From positions 2,108,001-2,172,000 of the forward strand of contig JAYWIR010000035.1 of the NCBI GenBank assembly GCA_036172245.1: a stretch of 64,000 nucleotides of DNA, given 5' to 3'. The position numbers were made by a program, and so were the translations under genes. A model generated the notes under the pieces. That model searched no databases. It had not been told where the DNA came from and worked only from the letters and a program-made list of their open reading frames with translations. Each line of letters starts with the position of its first letter. The stretch's first letter is position 1. This DNA is from Raillietiella orientalis (lineage: Eukaryota). Shown piece by piece: positions 1-11,074 of this stretch.

Positions 1-3000
1 TAATTCTGTCAAATCTTGGCTAAGGATTCTGTTCTTAAACAAAACAATCCAGTCTTCTGAATATTCTACGCTCGAAACCAAGCTCTAAACACCTTATATC
101 TTCTTATTTCCTTGAAAAACAACTCTAGCGATCGCAAAGATGCAGCTGATTTTTGCTTTTCAAAGACTGAATTCTGCTTTCGGTTTTCTTATTATTTCCT
201 ACTACTCAGCTCAAAGGGTTAAGCAGCATTAACCCTTTCAATTGAATCCGAACATTTTATAGGATGCTAATTCATATGTGTTTTCCGGTCAATTACTCGG
301 TCGAAAATTTCAAATTGGAGATTCAGGATTATTTAGACAAGTACTGCCACAGATATAACTTCAGTGGTTACATACCACAAACTTTGCATTTCCAATAAGG
401 AAATGAAAATTTTTCAAGGAGCTCCTTTTTCATTGGCAGCAATTTGAAAACACTTCAAATTATTCTAATTTTTTTTGGTAGCGTTGGAATTTATCGTAGG
501 TAAGAATTATTTTATTATTCCAGCCAAAAAAAAATCAACTGTTTTGCATTTATGGAAGATTTGTCTCGTTCAATTTTTGGTTTTCTCAGATTTATGACTA
601 CTGACACTTCTGACTACAGAGGCAGTCCATCTAACACTATTTTGGGAGTCCATCTCGAGTTCCAGGCACAAAGTTTTGCAAAGCTTTAATCCAATATGGC
701 TGCTGCGGAAACAAACAAAGTTGAACTCTTTTGATGAATAGTTTCAGAAAACAAATATGTGTGGATTGTAACCAACATGGACCGAGTAAATCATGAAAAA
801 GACCAACTTTCGTTACTCCATGATTCAAATAAATGTCCGAAACCACAGTTTCGCACGAATTATCTTGGAGTGTGCTCTTACATGTGAGTAATTTGATTTC
901 GGAAGGATGTTCCCGGAGGGAACCAAGACCCAAAGCATTCGTGTCTGCAAGTTTCTTTCCAACACCACTCCATATCGCTTTTTCCTGAAGTTTTTTGCTT
1001 TGCTCTGCCTGGTTGAAGCAGAAGAATTGCTTATTCGTCTGACTGCAAGAAGATAACTCAGAACCTATGATTCAGATACTTCAGAAACTGTTCTCCATGG
1101 AAGGAAAAGCATCTACAAAAATGGTTTTTTTTTTCCCAGATATAATAAATTCATAGATTCCTGCATATATAATTGCAAATCAAATCAAAACCTTACCTGG
1201 TGGAAATCTGTATCCAGCAATTGCTCATGTGGATGAAATCCTGGATAAGGCTCATTCTGCTTCACTGAATTTTCCTTTTTACGCTGAAGCAATGGAAATC
1301 ACATGGTGAGACTGGGATGGAGCATATCGCTCATGGAAGAAAAAGATAGACGAATCATTCAGAATTCCTTTGCTTTGGTTTCTACAGAATTCCTGTAAAA
1401 AACTGACATATTTAAGTATTGCTGACTTTCATAAAAAGAACAGTGATCGATTTTTTTAACTTAATTCTATGTCAGATTTCTCACAATATTTCAAGATGAG
1501 ATCACTTTGAGACAAATGCTTTCTATCCCTGCTTTTGAATGCATGATCGCATTTCACATATGTAAAACAAAACAAGACTCTTACAGCTTGCAAGCCATTT
1601 CATTTTGTTCCAATTCTGTGTTTTTTCATTTTGAACTTTTACTATGGATATGAGTGACACGGATATGATAAATTGTATCAACCATTCAAAAATCATTTTT
1701 GTTTGTTGATACTAGTAATATTCAGAGGCAGATCGAGTTATTGCAAGTCTAAATTGTGGATCGATGTAGATAAGCTGGAGAGTTGCTGAAGAATGACGGA
1801 AAGCGAAATTCATTTGAAATATGAGGAGAAGCATCAATCGTAGCTTTGAATTCGACGATAAAGAGAGAGAAAGCATTGGGTCTAGAATGAAGTTTCAATA
1901 TGAACCAATTCCGAAAAATTTTATTCAGCTGAAGCTCCTCAGTGGGCGACTTTACTTCTATGTATTCTCTGGGTACTTTGCACGCCATATCAAACTTTGC
2001 ACACCATATCCCGTGAAAACTGATACTATTTTCACGTTCTGGTGAGATATCTACCAGTTCTCAGAATTTTTACACATCATGGAGGTCCAATACTGGAGTC
2101 TTTTACTTAATCTTTCAAAAAAGCACATACGCACAGTGTCCTTGCACGAATGGATTTCTTATTAAAGGCCTTCTGGGAACTCTCGCCTTCCCTAGTCTTC
2201 TCATTAGCAATTGCAACATTTCTATCGGGTAGTAAATTCAGCGTTTCATTTGTTTACCATACAGGAAGAAAGAAAACTTCATTCTTCCCAACATCTATTA
2301 TACTTTCGAGTTACTAGGGAGTCCGCATCCTTGTTTTATCAGGATTCAGCACAAAGTGATCTCAGTCAGCAGAATGAGAAAGAGAACTCTCATACCATAA
2401 GCCATTCATATAATTTTCTTATAATGATGGGATACGTGCTACAAGCTCACCACGAAGCTACATTAATTTCTATATCCTTTTTTCATTCTGAAATTACTTG
2501 ATACGTGAATAATCAAAATTCAAAAAATTTAGATTTTTGGATATACGATTTTAAGCTAGGCTCGGTGGGAAAAGTACCTAGACTAACATTAGTAAATACG
2601 TCAATCTTACATTCAACATCTAACATTAGTATGATGAACGATCGAAAAATATGGGAAACACTTCGCGATTAGAAATATGTGATCGACATAACCATTATAC
2701 GCCCTTAGTCTGATAGAATGAAAATATACTCTGATTTAAAATGCACGACTAGTGACAAATTTCACAAGTTACAATTCATGATACACACAATACAATGTGG
2801 AAACCATTCTTTGAGAAAGTAAAAATCATTCGAAAGTTCAGAAAAATCATCGGGGAAAATTAAGTTACGCACATCGTGCACTTTGAGCAAATAAAGAATT
2901 TCGTCCTCAAGATAACTCCGTTTTCATTTGTTAACAGTAATACACGAATCCGAAAAAATGTCCTTTTTTTGTCTTCTTCTAGCAGTTGAAGCAGATAATA

Positions 3001-4227
3001 CATTTGATTGCATTCCCTGCTTTTGCTTCCAAATAGAATAATTTAGAACAAATGTATCCCTTAATTTTCGTTCAAATAAATGAGTAAACTATAGATGCAT
3101 TGGTGGCAAGTAATACTCCATAAACCACTCAAATACGAATATGCCATTGGTGTTTGAGAGTTCTGACCATGAGACAGTCTTCTCACTGCTATGCAAAGAT
3201 TAAAGGGATTTTAAAAACACAACCAATCAGAACTCAAAAGTCAAAAAGAAGAAGTAAAAGATGCTCTCATGCCTTTTTTTTCTTTTCAAAATATAGTTCT
3301 TCACAAATGAAGGACAAACTAAAAAATACTTTCTTCCGATATAAACACAAAAGCAAACACAAGGGCTTCCAAGGAAATTCTTCAAAAGAAGTTAACATTA
3401 GCTTCGGAATTAACCAATCAGCAAAAAAACTAACAACTATGAATGAATACAAATCAAAAATAAGTTCTACAAGCGAAGTAGTAAAAAATATAGATCCAAA
3501 TAGGCAAATCCCAAGGCAATTTTCCTTCTCAATATTAACACTGGAAAAGAATCGAATCATTTTAGCTAATCACATCCACAAGCAACGTTAAAAGCATTAG
3601 CACAGATCACTGCCTAAAAATACAAAGAAAGACAAAACAGCTGAACACAAATACATTAAAGAACAAATACAATGGAAATATCTAAATGGTGTTCGTACAA
3701 ATTTATTCAAAACACAAATAAGCAAATCCGGAATAAGAAAAACACTGTCTACATTCGAAAATTTCGCTAACTGGACAAATGATGGCAAACTTCCTTGCAG
3801 CTCGATGATATCTCCCCGTGCACCACAGCAAGCAAACCGAAATCTTAACCCGGAAACACCTCTTCACCGTCCACAGTCGAACGTCCAGAATGGCAGATTT
3901 CGCGAATGCAGTCGAAAGCTCTGTGCCGTACACGTGGATGTGCGTTGCATTAGCATGCAAAGTGAGGTTGGTTGGGTAGAATTCCGTCGGTATTTCGTAC
4001 CATCGAGCCTGCTGTAAACGGAAGCAAATCTGTACTACGTGTCCTCTGCGGCCCCCTGTTTTCAAGTAGCTTGCAATCCCTAGGAAGCTCCCCGCAGGTG
4101 TCGGTTGGTGCACCGTGTTCAGGTATGGAGCAGCAGCAAAGCACATTTCTCCGAGAATCTCCAAGTAAATGATTTATTTTTCCGGGTTCCGTTTCCTATC
4201 AGAAAGTGAACTTCCAATATTTGGGAA

Positions 4228-5329
4228 ATGCCAGCTGCCTTGCTTGTCCAGTTAGTAGCGAGCTCTGTGAAAATAGCCACGCATGCAGGAAAAATTATTA
4301 AGCAAGTGCTTTCATCCGGGGATCTGAAGATCGTGGATAAGGTGAAGCGACGTTTGCTCGCACAATTTGAGTAATGTCTTTGGAATCCCGAAGAATACTT
4401 CAGAGCAAGGGCGTTGTGATCTGCAGACAGAGGCAGACCGTTTGTCACAGAATTGCATCATCTCGTCCCTGTATCGCCTTTTTCCAAAGTTGATCATCAT
4501 AGGGGAGGAAGAGCTTGGAGAAGGAGAAATTGTGGATGTTGATCTTTCTGATCCCTGCTTGTCGTCGGTTCTTGCAGCCCCTTGTCCTCAGGAGTTCAAA
4601 GATGTGGCTGAAGAGCAAGTAAATGCACACACCACCACTGCATGCTCGAATTTGTAAAATGTTGTCATCCAGATAGTGGTGTGGGTGGACCCTTTAGATG
4701 GCACATTGGATTTCACCAAAGGCAAGTCTTCTGTTTGCTTTGTGCACATCGGATGTGTTCAGGGCACTTGGATAATGCCACGGTGCTCATTGGGATGGCT
4801 GTGGGTGGCAAGCCGGTGGCTGGTGTGATCCATCAGCCATGGAATAAGGAACGAACAATTTGGGGATTGGTGGGCTTTGGCGTGGGCAACCTTGTCCCGA
4901 AGCCAGCTGTTCCTGATCAGCTCATTGTTGCCACATCACGCTCCCATTCCAATCAGAACAACCAACTTTGCATGCAGGCTTTACGTCCTGACCAAGTGCT
5001 TTATGTTGGTGGATCAGGATATAAAGTAAGTGCAATTGTCAGCCACTGTTGGATGACCGTGTGGGTCCTAGGTTCTTCTTTTGCTGGAAGGTGTTGTTCA
5101 TGCATATGTGTTTGCCAGCCCAGGCTGTAAAAAATGGGACACCTGTGCCTCAGAAGCTATTCTAACTGCAGCTGGAGGAGTGTTGACCTCTTTGCATGGG
5201 AAACAGTATTCCTATTCCCAAGATTCTCCACTTGTCAATTCCGGTGGAATCTTGGCAACCATGGACATTGGCTTGCACTCGCAGCTTCTAGCTAGAATCC
5301 CAGACACGGTTCAGGAGGCTCTCCAGTGA
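4228..5329 (+). CDS. BPNT1: 3'(2'),5'-bisphosphate nucleotidase 1 (inositol-monophosphatase superfamily), copy 1, 5 exons, ~300 aa
   Basis: Manual splice model: 4228-4351 (or -4341), 4404 (or 4406)-4618, 4673-4721, 4763-5025, 5072-5329. Protein MPAALLVQLVASSVKIATHAGKIIKQVLSSGDLKIVDK..DLQTEADR..IIIGEE..VVWVDPLDGT..LDNATVLIG..GVIHQP..TSRSH..VGGSGYK..AYVFASPGCKKWDTCASEAIL matches animal BPNT1 end to end. Metal-binding GEE, DPLDGT and WD motifs are intact. Intron 1 boundaries are ambiguous; intron 3 is GC-AG. Confidence 0.95.
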
Positions 5330-5557
5330 GATGTCTGTGCAGCAGCTGACAACTTGGAAATTCCTTTTTATTTGATGCCTGCAGAACCAGTTGACCTATA
5401 ACCCCGCTGCATGATGCAAGAGGTTTCCTCTTTTAATTGGTTCATGGGTGCTGTGGACCACCGGTGTGACTGTTTGCCCTGAATGTGTGCACAATGAGTT
5501 GCAGTCATGCCAAGAAAGCCTGTTTGTTCGCTTGGTTGCCTTCGGGCACTTTGTGTG

Positions 5558-6960
5558 ATTGTGAAAAGCACCAGCCAATTGGGTGGTGCATCACAACGAA
5601 GCAGAACCAATTAAGTGTTGGGAAGGTTCCGTTTCCGTTGTTCTGAAGAACGTTCGTCGTGCCAGAAGTTCGCCCACCCGCGTTTCGGCAGAGATGCCGT
5701 CTTTCCGAATAAAAATTGACCAAAGAGAAACGCGGTGTTCTTTACCCTAAGCAAGCTGCTTGCGCATTCCGATCGCGCCACTTGGACGCACACGACGTTT
5801 GTTTTTCCGCCGTCACCTGCATCCGGACGGAACGTGGACGCAGGTGGAACCAGGAAGCGGGAAAAGCCTAGTCCGCGAGTGTCCGATCGACGGCAAGCAG
5901 GCGAAGGATTCCTACTCTTCGGACGGTGGGCAGCGTCCAGCTTTTCCGCCGCCTGCCGTTAGCAGTGCCGGAGGGGGCAGCAGCGGGATCGACTGCCGCG
6001 AATGCTAGAGGACGAAGGCGTCCTGGTGCGTGGCTGTTCGCAGGATTGCAGCAACATGGCACGGGTTTGGCGAGGCAGCGGGTTGCATCGAATGCGCTGG
6101 AAGTCGCACGGGCCGCGTGCATGCGATCCGTCGGCTCACGCGGAAGAGTGCAGGCGCACGAGGGAACCCCAGGTCGGCCGCACTCGCCCCAAGCAAGCGC
6201 GACCGCTTGCTAGGCACGCGCCATCACGCTCGCTGGTGCGGTGCAGTCGGCTGTTCCGGCGCGTGCTGGCTCGCTTTCGGTCGGACTCGCTCGCATCTCG
6301 CCGGCCTTTCCTCACGGGCACGTCCGTGGCCGCAGACGTGCCGGCAGCACGCACGTCACTCCGCTTCCTCGTTGCGAAGGAGTTAGGCGAGGGTGCCCTT
6401 CTTGCGAGAGCCCGGAACGGGATGCGCGCTTTCGATTGTTGTCGGTGAGGAGGGCGAGGGAGGGGAGCGGCCGCCCGAGGGCTCGTGCGAAGCGCGGAGG
6501 CGGCGCGCTCGCAGCCCGGGCGGTTTCCCTCGGGAAAGGTGGTCGCGGCTCGCCAGCTGACCGGCGCCGCCGGCCGTGCCCGAGGCGCGCGACGACGGAC
6601 GGTCTCTCTGGAACGTGCGAGCGATCGGGTGGATGCGGTGCGCGCGCGCGTTCTTCCCTGCGGAGCGGCGTCCCGGGATCGCAGGGGGGGGGGGGGGAGC
6701 GAGGAGCACGGGAACGGCACGGTAAGGACTTTCCGGTGCTGCTGGCAGGCGAGCGGACTGAGGGAGCACGGCACGAGCCGGGCATGGGCCCGTTTGCGTC
6801 ATCGCGTCTTCCCGCGGAGGGGAATGTCAAATGAGGATGCAAACGAAGGCAGCTGTCCCGAGGAACTGCTGCTTTTTCCAGGAGTCCAAATGGTCTCGGT
6901 TTGCGCAGCGGCCCGCGTGCTCAAGGTGACCTGCCTGGAAATGAAACGGCGGCGGAGCGC
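5558..6960 (+). repeat. GC-rich ~1.4-kb dispersed repeat, copy 1 (possibly a highly decayed non-LTR retrotransposon segment)
   Basis: Also at 11948-13349 (-) and 44242-45645 (+). Contains EGVRRGCPS, resembling the RT motif GVRQGCPLS. Repeat status is certain; the LINE identity is weak. Confidence 0.8.
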
Positions 6961-7833
6961 CTCAGCTGTTAATCCCAGTGGTCGGCAAAGGTTGCTGGAT
7001 TTCTGGCGGTGCCCTAAGAACGCAAGCTGGTTCGTGCTGCTGCTGCGGGATTCCGTAGGTTTCGTGACATCATCGTGGACAGCCAGTAGCTCCCGTCGCA
7101 CCGGTGGGCGCTGGCTCATTCCCAAGGGATTTTCGACATCTCGGAGATGTCCAGGGTAGTTTCTCCACGCACGATTCGAGAGCGTCATGCAACGGGGAGC
7201 AGAGAGCGGAAGAAGGGCAAGCGAAGGAGCAGCTCGAGGCACGCGAAGCGAAATGCTGAGGGCATCTGCATTGGAAAGCGCGAGGCAGAATGCTGAAGGA
7301 TCGCTCTCTGTCGAGCGGACGAGGAACGCAACACCACTCGACGGCTTCGGAGCAGACGAACGATCGCAACAAACGGCAGCGCAGAGGGCCGCGAACACTT
7401 TGTCTCGCTGTGCGGCAACCTCCGAGCCGAGGGCTGGTAGGGCGGGGGCCGCATTGCGAGAAAGACTGTTGCTGCACCTATTCCCACCCTGAGCCTTTCT
7501 GTCTCTTTGTGGGCGCCAAAGACTCGTGCAATCGCCTCGCTCGCGCCGACGGCGACTCGGCAGCTCCGGCGGATCGAATGCTGCAGTTCGTCTTCGGCGT
7601 GGACTGACTGACTGCCTTCGGCCAGCCGAAGAGCGAAAGGACGCGGAAGAAGCGATGGCAGCCTGCCGTCGCCATCATCCGTCGCCAAGAGAACGATCGG
7701 TTGGTGCGGATCGGCGCCTGAGCGTGCGTGCTCTGTGAAAAGAACGAGCGGACGAGATGAATTCTTTATTGGAATGTCGTTGCACGAAACTGCGATGCTG
7801 GATCTCAGGCTGTTGCCTTACTTCCGCGGGAAT

Positions 7834-7983
7834 CTACTGAGTTACGAACAGGTGGTTTTCTTCTGGCGCGAACCATAAGTCCAGGTGTGTCAAAACTGGT
7901 AGGGACACGGTCCATTGCTCATTGAAGTCGGTTTTCATGTCGCTGTCGAATGCCAGACCGCACAGCGTTCTTTCTTCATTGAG
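7834..7983 (-). pseudogene. Orphan inverted copy of exon 9 of pepsin-like gene A (with splice acceptor, 3' part of intron 8 and 3'UTR)
   Basis: Mirror of 10925-11074 inside the left palindrome arm; encodes LNEERTLCGLAF...HLFVTQ*. Confidence 0.85.
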
Positions 7984-8479
7984 CTGAAACGTTGTCCATC
8001 AGAGTGCTGAACGAGAGCAGCTCGGGCGCATGCGCATCTGCGTCCTCAAGGGAACAAACGGTTGTTGGGGGTTGGAGGCTGTGAAACAGCACTGCAGGAC
8101 AGTGAATTCACGAGCATGCTTTGTGATTTTCACCGGAAATCCAATTTTGGAAACTGCATCTAATTTGTGTACGTTTGCGTTTGCGATCGTCGGGCATAGT
8201 TCGAGACGTAAACGGGGCGAGAAGGCTGACACCGCAGTATACCGCTTCACGTGGTTTACCCCAGCAAGAGAAGATGATCGAGGCCATCAAAGTATTGGGA
8301 AACGGAAGCTTTGTCGGCCGTAATTATCAGATGATCTATGCCGATGAGATATTGCAAATGCAACGCCGTTTAAGACTGTTGCTTGCGAAGCTCGGCCGTG
8401 GTATAAGAAAAAACTTTCTTGCGTCAAACTGCGGTTTTCCAATGTTTGATTTTTCTCTGACGGAGAATCTTTAATTAAC

Positions 8480-8681
8480 CACAAAGTCAAAACAGCAAAT
8501 CGACCAAAGATTGAACTTGGAGAACTATGTATCCCATCCCTGAGTGCTCCTTATGGTTTGAATATTCCTGAATAATCAATTCGAATTGGAATGAGATTCC
8601 TGGTTCAGGTGTGCCAAAGTTCCCGATAAATAGCGTTTAAGAAGTCAGCAGCTTCACACAAACCCAGCAAACTCCCCCAGG
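8480..8681 (+). promoter_or_regulatory. Upstream region conserved between the pepsin-like paralogues, with TATA-like GATAAATAG (8625-8633)
   Basis: Alignable to 23815-24015 (minus), e.g. gtgtgcc.aagttcccgataaatagcg shared, about 50-60 nt upstream of each ATG. Confidence 0.55.
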
Positions 8682-11074
8682 ATGGCCGTCCAAGCTCTCT
8701 GCGTGTTGATGTGCCTGTGCACGTAAGTGAACCAGGTTTCCCCAAATTTCTCATCTTGACGAACTTGTTGATTGTCCAATCAGACTTTTGACCTCAGCTG
8801 CCACGCAGGGAAGTGTATCTGATGCTGTCTATGAAATCTCGTTAAAGATGGAAAAGGTAAGAGGTAGAGATCTTTACCAAAGTGCATCAGTATTCAACTG
8901 TGCATCCAGCATCAGCATTATGGAGTCATGGAAGTTGGCAGCTCTCATTCAAATTTTTTTACCACTGTGGATACCACGCACTCAGTTACATTGGTTCCCT
9001 CATTCAATTGTATCAGCAAATTCTGTGGCAAGTTCACTGGAATTGTCCTTTGAGGACATACGTTCTTGAATAATGTGTGAGGATTTCCTTTCCAGTGGGG
9101 AGACGCAGATATGCTCTTTGCGCTTCGAATACTTCTTATGACACCGAATATTATATGAAGCAACACATTTGTGGGGAACCTATCGAAGGATATGCCACTT
9201 ACGATTACGTGAAGGTAGTATCTGTAACATCCCACTCAATGCCGACACAAACGGGAATTTAAAAAAAAATCGATGAACAGATGTGGCAGCTACAATCAGA
9301 AGAGAATCCTGTAGAAGACAAAATCAATCTGCTTCTACTGCCTTTCAAAATAAATCCAGATTCTACCAGTCTCTTGCGCCACTCCAAGGTTGAAGCATCG
9401 CTTGGGTTTGACAGATACGCATTCCAACGGATAGCAACTCATCTAAACATTGAGCATATCTTCTCCGTGTCGTTCAACAGGTAAAATATGATCCATCAGG
9501 ATAAAACAGAAGAGAAAAAAACTTCCTAGCACCGAGAGAACAGCAAAAATACTTCTAGGAAAACAGCGCATTCCATCATCCACAAAGTGGATCGACCTTT
9601 CTCCTAACTACACACTGTACACATTCACCATGCACAGGTACTGCAGTTTTATGAACTCCCTTTAGAGAGAGTAGGCGAGCTCCATTCATCAACTTTGAAG
9701 AACCTCCCTAGAAAACCCCAGTCAGCGGACTGCAGTGTACCTGCATCCTCGTCCGCTGATGGCGGAACCATCCACCCGTCGAGAGGCAACTCTCAGCCCT
9801 CTCGCCACGCACGCAGAAGCGCGTTCGATCCACTTCTACCGCTTTCCCTGCACTCGTGAAAGACCCTTCTGAGCGACAATTCGCTCACTCCATTCCACCC
9901 GCTCAAGAACCCCTTTCAAGGAGGAAACACGCCTTTGTCTCTTTCCAGTGTGCTCATCGGCGGACAGTCAGTGGCAGAGAATGTTCAAGCAGTTGTCGAT
10001 TTGGCCAACCCAATTCTGAAAGTTAGCCGTCATTTCATCGACCAACTCTCCTGCCACACGGAAGCCATGAAAAACGAAATATTCAATGGACTGTTGACAG
10101 TGAGGTGAATGCTGGCCGAATCCCAAATCTCTTTGCGACCAGGGCTCCTGCGAATCGTTCTCCAAGCGACTGCCCGAGATAAAATACCAACTGGCTCATG
10201 ATATTTCTGTCACCTTGGATCCGGACGATTACCTCCTTCACGTAAGTAAACTCGTGCTCTTTTGATTGAAAAACTGTCCGCTGCTTCCACTGCTTCCCAG
10301 ATCTCTCCCTTTCCCTATTCCTTCCTTCCCCACGAGGGGCAAACCATCGCGCAAGCGATTGCCTCCTACGAACACGAGCCTTTGGGGTGATTTTGGGGAC
10401 GCTGATCGCCCTAAAAATCTCCCAAACAAAGCAAAAACTCCGACAACGTGCAAGTAGGAGCCCGTTCGAGCAACTGGATTTCCGTTTTACTGCACCGCTC
10501 AGGAGTTACAATCGCACTTCCATTACCAATCAGCATCTCAGCAAGCCATGTTCCGTTTCCTAGCACTCCGTTTTCCGAAGATAATTACGGCCGACAAAGC
10601 TTCCGTTTCCCAATACTTTGATGGCCTCGATCATCTTCTCTTGCTGGGGTAAACCACGTGAAGCGGTATACTGCGGTGTCAGCCTTCTCGCCCCGTTTAC
10701 GTCTCGAACTATGCCCGACGATCGCAAACGCAAACGTACACAAATTAGATGCAGTTTCCAAAATTGGATTTCCGGTGAAAATCACAAAGCATGCTCGTGA
10801 ATTCACTGTCCTGCAGTGCTGTTTCACAGCCTCCAACCCCCAACAACCGTTTGTTCCCTTGAGGACGCAGATGCGCATGCGCCCGAGCTGCTCTCGTTCA
10901 GCACTCTGATGGACAACGTTTCAGCTCAATGAAGAAAGAACGCTGTGCGGTCTGGCATTCGACAGCGACATGAAAACCGACTTCAATGAGCAATGGACCG
11001 TGTCCCTACCAGTTTTGACACACCTGGACTTATGGTTCGCGCCAGAAGAAAACCACCTGTTCGTAACTCAGTAG
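8682..11074 (+). CDS. Secreted pepsin-family (A1) aspartic protease homologue A, predicted catalytically impaired, 9 exons, 352 aa
   Basis: Exons 8682-8722, 8784-8856, 8910-9027, 9096-9214, 9281-9480, 9530-9637, 9949-10099, 10143-10241, 10925-11074 join in phase with no stops (1059 nt). Hydrophobic N-terminus MAVQALCVLMCLCTLLTSAA. Pepsin landmarks in order: HQHYGVMEVGS..VDTTHS..VPSFNCISKFC, RRRY..SNT..ICGEPIEG..DYV, EASLG, IFSVSFN, KILLG, VLIGG..AVVDLANPIL, GSC..LPEIKYQL..LDPDDYL, LCGLAF..QWTVSLPVL. AATAAA at 11138. Confidence 0.85.

Larger units (their letters stand above)
3872..8328 (+). repeat. Left arm (4457 bp) of large inverted repeat
   Basis: Reverse complement of 10580-15035. Identity breaks at 3871/15036 and 8329/10579. 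Differences seen: one SNP in BPNT1 and a G14 vs C13 homopolymer (6684-6697 / 12211-12223). Confidence 0.97.

Noticed and set aside
600..2050. Exon-like minus-strand segments with donor and acceptor sites
   Set aside because: Candidate exon 1197-1392 has stops in all three frames; no family recognised.
5367..5557. Possible truncated 3' end of a gene convergent with BPNT1 (minus-strand AATAAA at 5367-5372)
   Set aside because: Too short to identify; no diagnostic peptide.
5600..7750. Dense overlapping Arg/Ala/Pro-rich ORFs (also 11.2-13.3 kb, 29-31 kb, 44.3-47.3 kb, 60-63 kb antisense)
   Set aside because: Expected from high GC. Frames change between near-identical copies with G-run length, and no coherent protein is recognisable.
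8500..8800. Initial idea of a mononegavirus L or DIRS remnant on the minus strand
   Set aside because: Fully explained by the promoter, exon 1 and intron 1 of pepsin-like gene A on the plus strand.
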